DNA of 64,000 nt from Eledone cirrhosa (taxonomy: Eukaryota). Below are positions 1 to 12,700 of the stretch, in pieces; the first letter of the stretch is position 1, and each line of letters starts with the position of its first letter. The notes under the pieces are model-generated. The model was not told where the DNA came from. It searched no databases and saw only the letters and a list, made by a program, of their open reading frames with translations. Position numbers and translations under genes: made by a program. The stretch spans positions 12,276,001 to 12,340,000 of the forward strand of contig OZ024744.1 of the NCBI GenBank assembly GCA_964016885.1. Reading direction: 5' to 3'.

Positions 1-3000
1 CGGTATATAACATAAAACATTCTATTTGACCATCTAATGACTGTCTATAACATAAAACATTATATGTGACCATCTAATGACGGTCTATAACATAAAACAT
101 TATATTTGTCGATCTAATGACGGTCTATAACATTAAACATTCTATTTCACCATCTAATGACTGTCTATAACATAAAACATTCTACTTGACAATCTAATGA
201 CTGTCTATATCACAGAACATTCTATTTGACCATCTAATGACTGTCTATAACATAAAACATTCTATTTTACTATGTAATGACTGTCTATAACATAAAACAT
301 TCTATTTGACCATCTAATGACGGTCTATTACATAAAACATTCTATTTGACCATCTAATGACTGTCTATAACATGAAACATTATATTTGTCCATCTAGTGA
401 CGATCTATAACATAAAACATACTATGTGACCATCTAATCACTGTCTATAACATAAAACATTTTATTTGTCCATCTAATGACTGTCCATAACATAAAACAT
501 TCTATTTGTCCATCTAATGACGGTCTATAACATAAAACATTCTATTTGTCCATATAATGACTGTCTATAACATAAAACATTCTATGTGACCATCTAATGA
601 CTGTCTATAACATAAAACATTCTATTTGTCCATCTAATGACGGTCTATAACATAAAACATTCTATTTGTCCATCTAATGTCTGTCTATAACATAAAACAT
701 TCTATTTGATAATCTAATGACTGTCTATAACACATAACATTCTATTTGACCATCTAATGACTGTCTATAACATAAAACATTCTATTTGACTATCTAATGA
801 CTGTCTATAACATAAAACATTCTATTTGACCATCTAATGACTGTCTATAACATAACACATTCTATTTCACCATCTAATGACTGTCTAGAACGTAAAACAT
901 TCTATTTAACCATCTAATGACGTTATATAACATAAAACATTCTATTTGACCATCTAATGACTGTCTATAACATAAAACATTCTATGTGACCATCTAATGA
1001 CTGTCTATAACATAAAACATTCTATTTGTCCATCTAATGACGGTCTATAACATAAAACATTATATTTGTCGATCTAATGACGGTCTATAACATTAAACAT
1101 TCTATTTCACCATCTAATGACTGTCTATAACATTAAACATTCTACTTGACAATCTAATGACTGTCTATAACACAGAACATTCTATTTGACCATCTAATGA
1201 CTGTCTATAACATAAAACATTCTATTTTACTATCTAATGACTGTCTATAACATAAAACATTCTATTTGACCATCTAATGACTCTCTATTACATAACACAT
1301 TCTATTTCACCATCGAATGACTGTCTAGAACGTAAAACATTCTATTTAGCCATCTAATGACGGTATATAACATAAAACATTCTATTTGACCATCTAATGA
1401 CTTTCTATAACATAAAACATTCTATTTGACCATCTAATGACTGTCTATAAGATAAAACATTCTATGTGACCATCTAATGACTGTCTATAACATAAAACAT
1501 TCTATTTGTCCATCTAATGACAGTCTATAACATAACACATTATATTTCACCATCTAATGAGGGTCTATAACATGCAACATTCTATTTCACCATCTAATGA
1601 CTGTCTATAACATAAAATATTCTATGTGACCATCTAATGACTGTCTATAACATAAAACATTCTATTTGTCCATCTAATGACTGTCTAGAACATAAAACAT
1701 TCTATTTGACCATCTAATGACTGTCTATAACATAACACATTCTATTTTACCATCTAATGACTATCTAGAACGTAAAACATTCTATTTAACCATCTAATGA
1801 CGGTATATAACATAAGACATTCTATTTAACCATCTAATGACGGTCTATAACATAAAACATTCTATTTGACCATCTAATGACTGTCTATATCATGAAACAT
1901 TCTATTTGTCCATCTAATGACAGTCTATAACATAAAACATTCTATGTGACCATCTAATGACTGTCTATAACATAAAACATTCTATTTGTCCATCTAATGA
2001 CGATCTATAACATAACACATTATATTTGTCCATTTAATGACGGTCTATAACATAAAACATTCTATGTGACCATCTAATGACTGTTTATAACATAAAACAT
2101 TCTATGTGACCATCTAATGACCGCCTATAACATAAAACATTCTATTTGACCATCAAATGACTGTCTATAACATAAAACATTCTATTTGACCATCTAATGA
2201 CTGTCTATAACATAAAACATTCTATGTGACCATCTAGTCACCGTCTATAACATAAAACATTCTATTTGTCCATCTAATGACTGTCTATAACATAAAACAT
2301 TCTATTTGTCCATCTAATGACGGTCTATAACATAAAACATTCTATTTCACCATATAATGACTGTCTATAACATAAAACTTTCTATGTGACCATCTAATGA
2401 CGGTCTATAACATGAAACATTCTATTTGACCATCTAATGACTGTCTATAACATAAAACATTCTATTTGTCCGTCTAATGACTGTCTATAACATAAAACAT
2501 TCTATTTGTCCATATAATGACGGTCTATAACACAAAACATTGTATTTGACCATCTAATGACTCTCTGTAACATAAAGCATTCTATGTGACCATCTAATGA
2601 CTGTCTATAACATGAAAAATTCTATTTGTCCATCTAATGACGTTCTATAACATGAAATATTCTATTTGTCCATCTAATGACGGTCTATAACATGAAACAT
2701 TCTATTTGACCATCTAATAACGGTCTATAACATAAAACATTCTATTTGTCCATCTAATGACTGTCTATAACATAAAACATTCTATTTGACCATCTAATGA
2801 CTGTCTATAACATAAAACATTCTATTCGACCATCTGATGACTGTCTATAACATAAAACATTCTATGTGACCATCTAATGACTGTCTATAACATAAAACAT
2901 TCTATTTGTCCATCTAATGACGGTCTATAATATTAAACATTCTATTTGTCCATCTAATGACGGTCTATAACATAAAACCTTCTATTTGACCATCTAATGA

Positions 3001-6000
3001 CTGTCTATAACATAAAACATTCTATTTGTCCATCTAATGACGGTCTATTACATAAAACATTCTCTTTGACCATCTAATGACTGTCTATAACATAAAACAT
3101 TCTATTTGTCCATCTAATGACGATCTATAACATAAAACATACTATGTGACCATCTAATCACTGTCTATAACATAAAACATTCTATTTGTCCATCTAATGA
3201 CTGTCTATAACATAAAACATTCTATTTGTCCATCTAATGACGGTCTATAACATAAAACATTCTATTTGTCCATATAATGACTGTCTATAACATAAAACAT
3301 TCTATGTGACCATCTAATGACTGTCTAAATAATTAAATATTCTATTTGTCCATCTAATGACGGTCTATAACATAAAACATTCTATTTGTCCATCTAATGT
3401 CTGTCTATAACATAAAACATTCTATTTGACAATCTAATGACTGTCTATAACACAGACAATTCTATTTGACCATCTAATGACTGTCTATAACATAACACAT
3501 TCTATTTCACCATCTAATGACTGTCTAGAGCGTAAAACATTCTATTTAACCATCTAATGACGGTATATAACATAAAACATTCTATTTGACCATCTAATGA
3601 CTGTCTATAACATAAAACATTCTATGTGACCATCTAATGACGGTCTATAACATAAAACATTATATTTGTCGATCTAATGACGGTCTATAACATTAAACAT
3701 TCTATTTCACCATCTAATGACTGTCTATAACATAAAACATTCTACTTGACAATCTAATGACTGTCTATATCACAGAACATTCTATTTGACCATCTAATGA
3801 CTGTCTATAACATAAAACATTCTATTTTACTATGTAATGACTGTCTATAACATAAAACATTCTATTTGACCATCTAATGACGGTCTATTACATAAAACAT
3901 TCTATTTGACCATCTAATGACTGTCTATAACATGAAACATTATATTTGTCCATCTAGTGACGATCTATAACATAAAACATACTATGTGACCATCTAATCA
4001 CTGTCTATAACATAAAACATTTTATTTGTCCATCTAATGACTGTCCATAACATAAAACATTCTATTTGTCCATCTAATGACGGTCTATAACATAAAACAT
4101 TCTATTTGTCCATATAATGACTGTCTATAACATAAAACATTCTATGTGACCATCTAATGACTGTCTATAACATAAAACATTCAATTTGTCCATCTAATGA
4201 CGGTCTATAACATAAAACATTCTATTTGTCCATCTACTGTCTGTCTATAACATAAAACATTCTATTTGACAATCTAATGACTGTCTATAACACATAACAT
4301 TCTATTTGACCATCTAATGACTGTCTATAACATAAAACATTCTATTTGACTATCTAATGACTGTCTATAACATAAAACATTCTATTTGACCATCTAATGA
4401 CTGTCTATAACATAACACATTCTATTTCACCATCTAATGACTGTCTAGAACGTAAAACATTCTATTTAACCATCTAATGACGTTATATAACATAAAACAT
4501 TCTATTTGACCATCTAATGACTGTCTATAACATAAAACATTCTATGTGACCATCTAATGACTGTCTATAACATAAAACATTCTATTTGTCCATCTAATGA
4601 CGGTCTATAACATAAAACATTATATTTGTCGATCTAATGACGGTCTATAACATTAAACATTCTATTTCACCATCTAATGACTGTCTATAACATTAAACAT
4701 TCTACTTGACAATCTAATGACTGTCTATAACACAGAACATTCTATTTGACCATCTAATGACTGTCTATAACATAAAACATTCTATTTTACTATCTAATGA
4801 CTGTCTATAACATAAAACATTCTATTTGACCATCTAATGACTCTCTATTACATAACACATTCTATTTCACCATCGAATGACTGTCTAGAACGTAAAACAT
4901 TCTATTTAGCCATCTAATGACGGTATATAACATAAAACATTCTATTTGACCATCTAATGACTTTCTATAACATAAAACATTCTATTTGACCATCTAATGA
5001 CAGTCTATAACATAACACATTATATTTCACCATCTAATGAGGGTCTATAACATGCAACATTCTATTTCACCATCTAATGACTGTCTATAACATAAAATAT
5101 TCTATGTGACCATCTAATGACTGTCTATAACATAAAACATTCTATTTGTCCATCTAATGACTGTCTAGAACATAAAACATTCTATTTGACCATCTAATGA
5201 CTGTCTATAACATAACACATTCTATTTTACCATCTAATGACTATCTAGAACGTAAAACATTCTATTTCACTATCTAATGACGGTATATAACATAACACAT
5301 TCTATTTAACCATCTAATGACGGTCTATAACATAAAACATTCTATTTGACCATCTAATGACTGTCTATATCATGAAACATTCTATTTGTCCATCTAATGA
5401 CAGTCTATAACATAAAACATTCTATGTGACCATCTAATGACTGTCTATAACATAAAACATTCTATTTGTCCATCTAATGACGATCTATAACATAACACAT
5501 TATATTTGTCCATTTAATGACGGTCTATAACATAAAACATTCTATGTGACCATCTAATGACTGTCTATAACATAAAACATTCTATGTGACCATCTAATGA
5601 CCGCCTATAACATAAAACATTCTATTTGACCATCAAATGACTGTCTATAACATAAAACATTCTATTTGACCATCTAATGACTGTCTATAACATAAAACAT
5701 TCTATGTGACCATCTAATCACCGTCTATAACATAAAACATTCTATTTGTCCATCTAATGACTGTCTATAACATAAAACATTCTATTTGTCCATCTAATGA
5801 CGGTCTATAACATAAAACATTCTATTTCACCATATAATGACTGTCTATAACATAAAACTTTCTATGTGACCATCTAATGACGGTCTATAACATGAAACAT
5901 TCTATTTGACCATCTAATGACTGTCTATAACATAAAACATTCTATTTGTCCATATAATGACGGTCTATAACACAAAACATTGTATTTGACCATCTAATGA

Positions 6001-7992
6001 CTCTCTGTAACATAAAGCATTCTATGTGACCATCTAATGACTGTCTATAACATGAAAAATTCTATTTGTCCATCTAATGACGTTCTATAACATGAAACAT
6101 TCTATTTGTCCATCTAATGACGGTCTATAACATGAAACATTCTATTTGACCATCTAATAACGGTCTATAACATAAAACATTCTATTTGTCCATCTAATGA
6201 CTGTCTATAACATAAAACATTCTATTTGACCATCTAATGACTGTCTATAACATAAAACATTCTATTCGACCATCTGATGACTGTCTATAACATAAAACAT
6301 TCTATGTGACCATCTAATGACTGTCTATAACATAAAACTTTCTATTTGTCCATCTAATGACTGTCTATAAGATAAAACATTCTATTTGTCCATCTAATGA
6401 CGGTCTATAACATTAAACATTCTATTTCACCTTCTAATGACTGTCTATAACATAAAACATTCTATTTGACAATCTAATGACTGTCTATATCATAACACAT
6501 TCTATTTAACCATCTAATGACGGTCTATAACATAAAACATTTATTTGTCCATCTAATGACGGTCTATAACATAAAACATTCCATTTGTCCATCTAATGAC
6601 GGTCTATAATATTAAACATTCTATTTCACCATCTAATGACTGTCTATAACATAAAACATTCTATTTGACAATCTAATGACTGTCTATAACACAGAACATT
6701 CTATTTGACCACCTAATGACTGTCTATAACATAAAACATTCTATTTTACTATCTAATGACTGTCTATAACATAAAACATTCTATTTGACCATCTAATGAC
6801 TGTCTATAACATAACACATTCTATTTCACCATCTAATGACTGTCTAGAACGTAAAACATTCTATTTAACCATCTAATGACGGTATATAACATAAAATATT
6901 CTATGTGACCATCTAATGACTGTCTATAACATAAAACATTCTATTTGTCCATCTAATGACGGTCTATAACATAAAACATTCTATTTGACTATCTAATGAC
7001 TGTCTATAACATAAAACATTCTATTTGACCATCTAATGACTGTCTATAGCATAAAACATTCTATTTGACCATCTAATGACTGTCTATAACATAAAACATT
7101 CTAGTTAACCATCTAATGACGGTCTATAACATAAAACATCTATTTGTCCATCTAATGATGGTCTATAATATAAAACATTCTATTTGACAATCTAACGACT
7201 GTCTATAACATAAAACATTCTATTTGTCCATCTAATGACTGTCTATAACATCAAACATTCTATTTGTCCATCTAATGAAGGTCTATAACATAAAACATTC
7301 TACTTCCCCATCTAATGACTGTCTATATCATAAAAAATTCTATGTGACTATGTAATGACAGTCTATAACATAAAACATTCTATTTGTCCATCTAATGACA
7401 GTCTATAATATAAAATATTCTATTTGTCCATCGAATGACTGTCTATAACACAAAACATTCTATTTGACCATCTAATGACTGTCTATAACGTAAAACAATC
7501 TATGTGACCATCTAATGACTGTCTATAACACCAAACATTCTATTTGTCCTTCTAATGATGGTCTATAACATAAAACATTCTGTTTGTCAATCTAATGACG
7601 GTCTATAACATAAAACATTCTATGTGACCATCTAATGACTGTCTATAACATAAAACATTCTATTTGTACATCTAATGACGGTCTATAACATTAAACATTC
7701 TATTTCACTATCTAATGACTGTCTATAACATAAAACATTCTATTTGACCATGTAATGACTGCCAATAACATAAAACATTCTATTTGACCATCTAATGACT
7801 GGCTATAACATTAAACATTCTATTTGACCATCTAATGACTGTCTATAACATAAAACATTCTATTTAACCATCTAATGACGGTCTATAACATAAAACATTT
7901 TATTTGACCATCTAATGAGTGTCTATTACATTCTATTTGACCATGTAATGACTCTCTATAACATAAAACATTCTATTTGACCATCTAATGAC
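1..7992. repeat. 40-bp AT-rich tandem satellite, ~200 monomers, continuing beyond the left edge; consensus CTGTCTATAACATAAAACATTCTATTTGACCATCTAATGA
   Basis: Exact 40-bp periodicity from 1 to ~6540; 1-bp deletions near 6541 and 7140 and a ~9-bp deletion near 7928; array ends at ...CCATCTAATGAC ~7992. No ORFs in the track. Confidence 0.99.
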
Positions 7993-8039
7993 CCTGTGTT
8001 TATATTCACTTTCTCGTTACTTATATGAATAATAGTGGT

Positions 8040-8218
8040 TTTAGGGGGAGTTGAAAGTCCATTAAATTGACACCAGTGCATTACTGGTACTTTGTTTTAT
8101 CGACCCCGACATGTTTGAATCAAACTAACATCAGTAGGATTAGAACTCAGAATATACATTGATTTAACTGTTTGCCACAAAGCATGTTTTATGCTCTACC
8201 GATTCTGTCAATCCACCA
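8040..8218 (-). mobile_element. Degenerate tRNA-derived SINE (MetaSINE-like core)
   Basis: CCAGTGCATTACTGGTACTTTGTTTTATCGACCCC (8072-8107) recurs at ~58226-58255 and ~58388-58420. On the minus strand it reads GGGGTCGATAAAAC...GTACCAG, preceded by a B-box-like GAGTTCTAATCC. Family name is from recall, not a search. Confidence 0.7.
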
Positions 8219-8323
8219 TCCTTTTGAATCATAATGATAATACTACAATACAAAATAACTGTTAAATATTATTGATAATAATTTCATGGGATGTTATTAG
8301 AAATATATTTAGAATAATTTACG

Positions 8324-9290
8324 GTTATCCCATATATAACATGTGCCATGACAGATGTTATCCCATATATAACATGTGACATGAGAGACGTTATCCCAAA
8401 TATAACATGACATGACAGATGTTATCCCAAATATAACATGTCATGACAGATGTTATCCCAAATATAACATGTGACATGACAGATGTTATCCCAAATATAA
8501 CATGTCATGACAGATGTTATCCCAAATATAACATGTGACATGACAGATGTTATCCCAAATATAACATGTGTCATGACAGATGTTATCCCAAATATAACAT
8601 GTGACATGACAGATGTTATCCCAAATATAACATGTCATGACAGATGTTATCTCAAATATAACATGTGACATGACAGACGTTATCCCATAAGCAACCTGTG
8701 ACATGACAGACTTTATCCCAAATATAAAATGTGACATGACAGACGTTATCCCATATATAACATGTGTCATGACAGTTGTTATCCCAAATATAACATGACA
8801 TGACAGATGTTATCCCAAATATAACATGTGACATGACAGATGTTATCCCAAATATAACATGTGACATGACAGATGTTATCCCAAATATAACATGTGTCAT
8901 GACAGATGTTATCCCAAATATAACATGTGACATGAAAGATGTTATGCCAAATATAACATGTCATGACATGTTATTCCAAATATAACATGTGACATGACAG
9001 ACGTTATCTCATAAGCAACCTGTGACATGACAGACTTTATCCCAAATATAAAATGTGACATGACAGACGTTATCCCATATATAACATGTGTCATGACAGT
9101 TGTTATCCCAAATATAACATGACATGACAGATGTTATCCCAAATATAACATGTGACATGACAGACGTTATCCCAAATATAACATCTGACATGACAGATGT
9201 TATCCAATAAACAACATGTAACATGACCCCAAATACAACGTGACATGACAGATGTTTTTCCCAAATACAACATGTCACATGACAGATGTT
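8324..9290. repeat. ~33-bp minisatellite (30/31/33-bp variants), ~30 units; consensus GTTATCCCAAATATAACATGTGACATGACAGAT
   Basis: Direct periodicity; degenerates toward 9290; internal 324-bp duplication (marker ATAAGCAACC at 8687 and 9011). Confidence 0.98.
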
Positions 9291-9342
9291 CTATATGAGA
9301 CAATGTTGAAAACAACAATGTTTAGATATTTCATGACAATTG

Positions 9343-9776
9343 CCTGCCTGGTACCCCTCTTGAAGATGAATGTCCCTGCAGTGGCACAGTACCTCCATCT
9401 GTGACATTTTCACAAATGCCATTGTAGAGTAGTTGTGGACGAGTTCAGTCTGCATCTGCTCTCTTGCTGCCTTAATGTAATCTGGCTCCCCTGTCACACC
9501 GTCCTAAATGACATCATCTAAAGGAGCGTTCATACAGCCAGTTTCCTCGTCTCATGGATCCAGCTGGATTCAACCATGTTGTTACCAAACACCCTCATGG
9601 ATTAACCCTCTTCCCTTTCAAGGAAGGCAAATCCCTACCTTGGGATGTGACTTGTTCTCTGCCTCCAATCATGTCACTTCGGCCAAGACCTCGGGCTCCG
9701 CTGCTTGCAATACAGAGGAGAGGAAGATACCGGGGCCTGACAAACCACTTCATCTTTGTACCTGTCACAGTTGAGA
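9343..9776 (+). mobile_element. Decayed CRE-clade-like non-LTR retrotransposon, left part: CCHC zinc knuckle and first part of the RLE domain
   Basis: Manual translation from 9411 gives HKCHCRVVVDEFSLHLLSC...CHTVLNDII*RSVHTA, then across frameshifts DPAGF...KHPHGLTLFPFKEGKSLPWDVTC, SASNHVTSAKTSGSAACNTEERK and YRGLTNHFIFVPVTVE. This follows the CRE-type C-terminal motif order CxC..H..SC / RHxxLNDII / KRPDGLTL.P...GK.L.WD.TC / AA..AE..K..KY / F.PVA.ET.G. Stops and frameshifts show it is dead. Confidence 0.85.
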
Positions 9777-12700
9777 TCTGGTGTCCTTGGTATCCATATT
9801 ACCACAGAGGAGAGAAAGGTCTCTAGTGTCCTTGGTCTCCATATTACCACAGAGGAGACGAAGACCTCTGGTGTCCTTGGTCTCCATATTACCACAGAGG
9901 AGAGGAAGACCTCTAGTGTCCTTGCTCCCCACATTACCAGAGAGACGAGGAAGACCTCTGGTGTCCTTGGCCTCCATATTACCACAAATGAGAGGAAGAC
10001 CTCTGGTGTCCTTGGTCTCCATATTACTACAGAAGAGAGGAAGACCTCTGGTGACCTTGGACTCCATATTACCAAAGAGGAGAGGAAGACCTCTAGTGTC
10101 CTTGGTCCCCACATTACCGCAGAGGAGAGGAAGAACCCTAGTGTCCTTGCTCCCCACATTACCACAGAGAAGAGCACCTCTGATGTCCTTGGTCTCCATA
10201 TTACCACAGAGCAGAGGAAGCCCCCTAATGTTCTTCGTCTCCATATTACCACAGAGGAGAGGAAGACCTCTAGTGTCCTTGGTCCCCATATTACCACAGG
10301 GGAGAGGAAGACCCCTAGTGTCCTTGGTCTCCATATTACCACAGAGGAGAAGACCTCTGGTGTCCTGTGTCTCCATATTACCACAGAGGAGAGGAAGACC
10401 TCTGGTGTCCTTGGTCTCCATATTACCACAGAGGAGAGGAGGACCCCTAGTGTCCTTGGTCTCCATATTACCACAGAGGAGAGGAAGACCTCTGGTGTCC
10501 TTGGTCTCAACATTACCACAGAGGAGAGGAAGACCTCTAGTGTCCTTGGTCTCTACATTACCACAGAGGAGAGGAGCTCTGGTGTCCGTGGTCTCCACAT
10601 TACCACAGAGGAGAGGAAGACCTCTGGTGTCCTTGGTCCCCATATTACCACAGAGGAGAGGAAGACCTCTCGTGTCCTTGGTCCCCATATTACCACAGAG
10701 GAGAAGACCTCTGGTGTCCTTGGTCTCTACATTACCACAGAGGAGAGGACCTCTATTGTCCTTGGTCTCCACATTACCACAGAGGAGAGGAAGACCTCTT
10801 GTGTCCTTGGTCCCCACATTACCACAGAGGAGAGGAAGACCCCTAGTGTCCTTGGTCCCCACATTACCACAGAGGAGAGGAAGACCCCTAGTGTCCTTGG
10901 TCCCCACATTACCACAGAGAAGAGCACCTCTGATGGCTTTGGTCTCCACATTACCACAGTGGAGAGGAAGACTTCTGGTGTCCTTGGTCTCCACATTACC
11001 ACAGAGTAGAGGAAGACCCCGAGTGTCCTTGGTCTCCACATTACCACAGAGGAGAGGACCTCTGGTGTCCTTGGTCATCACATTACCACAGAGGAGAGAA
11101 CCTCTGGTGTCGTTGGTCTCCACATTACCACAGAGGAGAGGAAGACCTCTGGTGCCTTGGTCTTCATATTACCACAGAGGAGAGAAAGATCTATGGTGTC
11201 CTTGGTCCCCACATTACCACAGAGGAGCGGAAGACCCCTAGTGTCCTTGGTCCCCACATTACCACAGAGAAGAGCACCTCTGATGTCTTTGGACTCCACA
11301 TTACCACAGTGGAGAGGAAGACCTCTGGTGTCCTTGGTCTCCACATTACCACAGAGTAGAGGAAGACACCGAGTGTCCTTGGTCTCCACATTACCACAGA
11401 GGAGAGGAAGACCTCTAGTGTCCTTGGTCCCCATATTACCACAGAGGAGAGAACCTCTGATATCCTTGGTCTCCACATTACCACAGAGGAGAGGAAGACC
11501 CCTGGTGTCCTTGGTCTCCATATTACCACAGAGGTGAGGAAGACCTCTAGTGTCCTTGGTCTCAACATTACCACAGAGGAGAGGACCTCTGGTGTCCTTG
11601 GTCTCCACATTACCACAGAGGAGAGGAAGACCTCTGGTGCCTTGGTCTCCATATTACCACCGAGGAGAGGACTTCTGCTGTCCTTGGTCTCCACATTACG
11701 ACAGAGGAGAGGAAGACCTCTGGTGTCCTTGGTCCCCATATTATCACAGAGAAGAGGACCTCTGGTGTCCTTGGTCTCCATATTACCACAGAGGAGAGGA
11801 AGACCTCTGGTGTCCTTGGTCTCCATATTACCACAGAGGAGAGGATCTCTGGTGTCCTTGGTCTCCATATTACCACAGAGGAGAGGAAGACCTATGGTGT
11901 CCTTGGTCTCCATATTACCACAGAGGAGAGGAAGACCTATGGTGTCCTTGGTCTACATATTACCACAGAGGAGAGGAAGACCTCTGGTGACCTTGGTCTC
12001 CATATTACCACAGAGGAGAGGTCCTCTAATGTCCTTGGTCTCCATATTACCACAGAGGAGAGGAAGACCTCTGGTGTCCTTGGTCCCCATATTACCACAG
12101 AGGAGAGGAAGACCTCAGGCGTCCTTGGTCTCCATATTACCACAGAGGAGAGGAAGACCTCTGGTGTCCTTTGTCTCCATATTACCACAGAGGAGAGGAC
12201 CTCTGATGTCCTTGGTCTCCATTTTACCACAGAAGAGAGGAAGACCTCTAGTGTCCTTGGTCTCCACATTACCACAGAGGAGAGAAGCTCTGGTGTCCTT
12301 GGTCTCCACATTACCACAGAGGAGTGGAAGACCTATGGTGTCCTTGGTCCCCGTATTACCACAGAGGAGAGGACGACCTCTGGTAACCTTGGTCCCCATA
12401 TTACCACAGAAGAGAGGAAGATCTCTGGTGTCCTTGGTCCCCTTATTACCACAGAGGAGAGGACGACCTCTGGTGTCCTTGGTCCCCACATTACCACAGA
12501 GGAGAGGACGACCTCTGGTGTCCTTGGTCTCCATATTACCACAGAGGAGAGGACGACCTCTGGTGTCCTTGGTCTCCACATTACCACAGAGGAGAAGAAG
12601 ACCTCTGGTGTCCTGGCTCCCCACATTACCACAGACGAGAGGAAGACCACTGGGGTCCTTGGTCTCCAGATTACTACAGAGGAGAGGAAGACCTCTGGTG

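Noticed and set aside
8422-9318. Short HVTCYIWDNIC / MSHVIFGITSV repeat ORFs
   Set aside because: These are translations of the 33-bp minisatellite, broken by 31-bp units.
9291-9497. 68-aa Cys/His-rich minus-strand ORF
   Set aside because: It is the antisense shadow of the plus-strand zinc-knuckle remnant.
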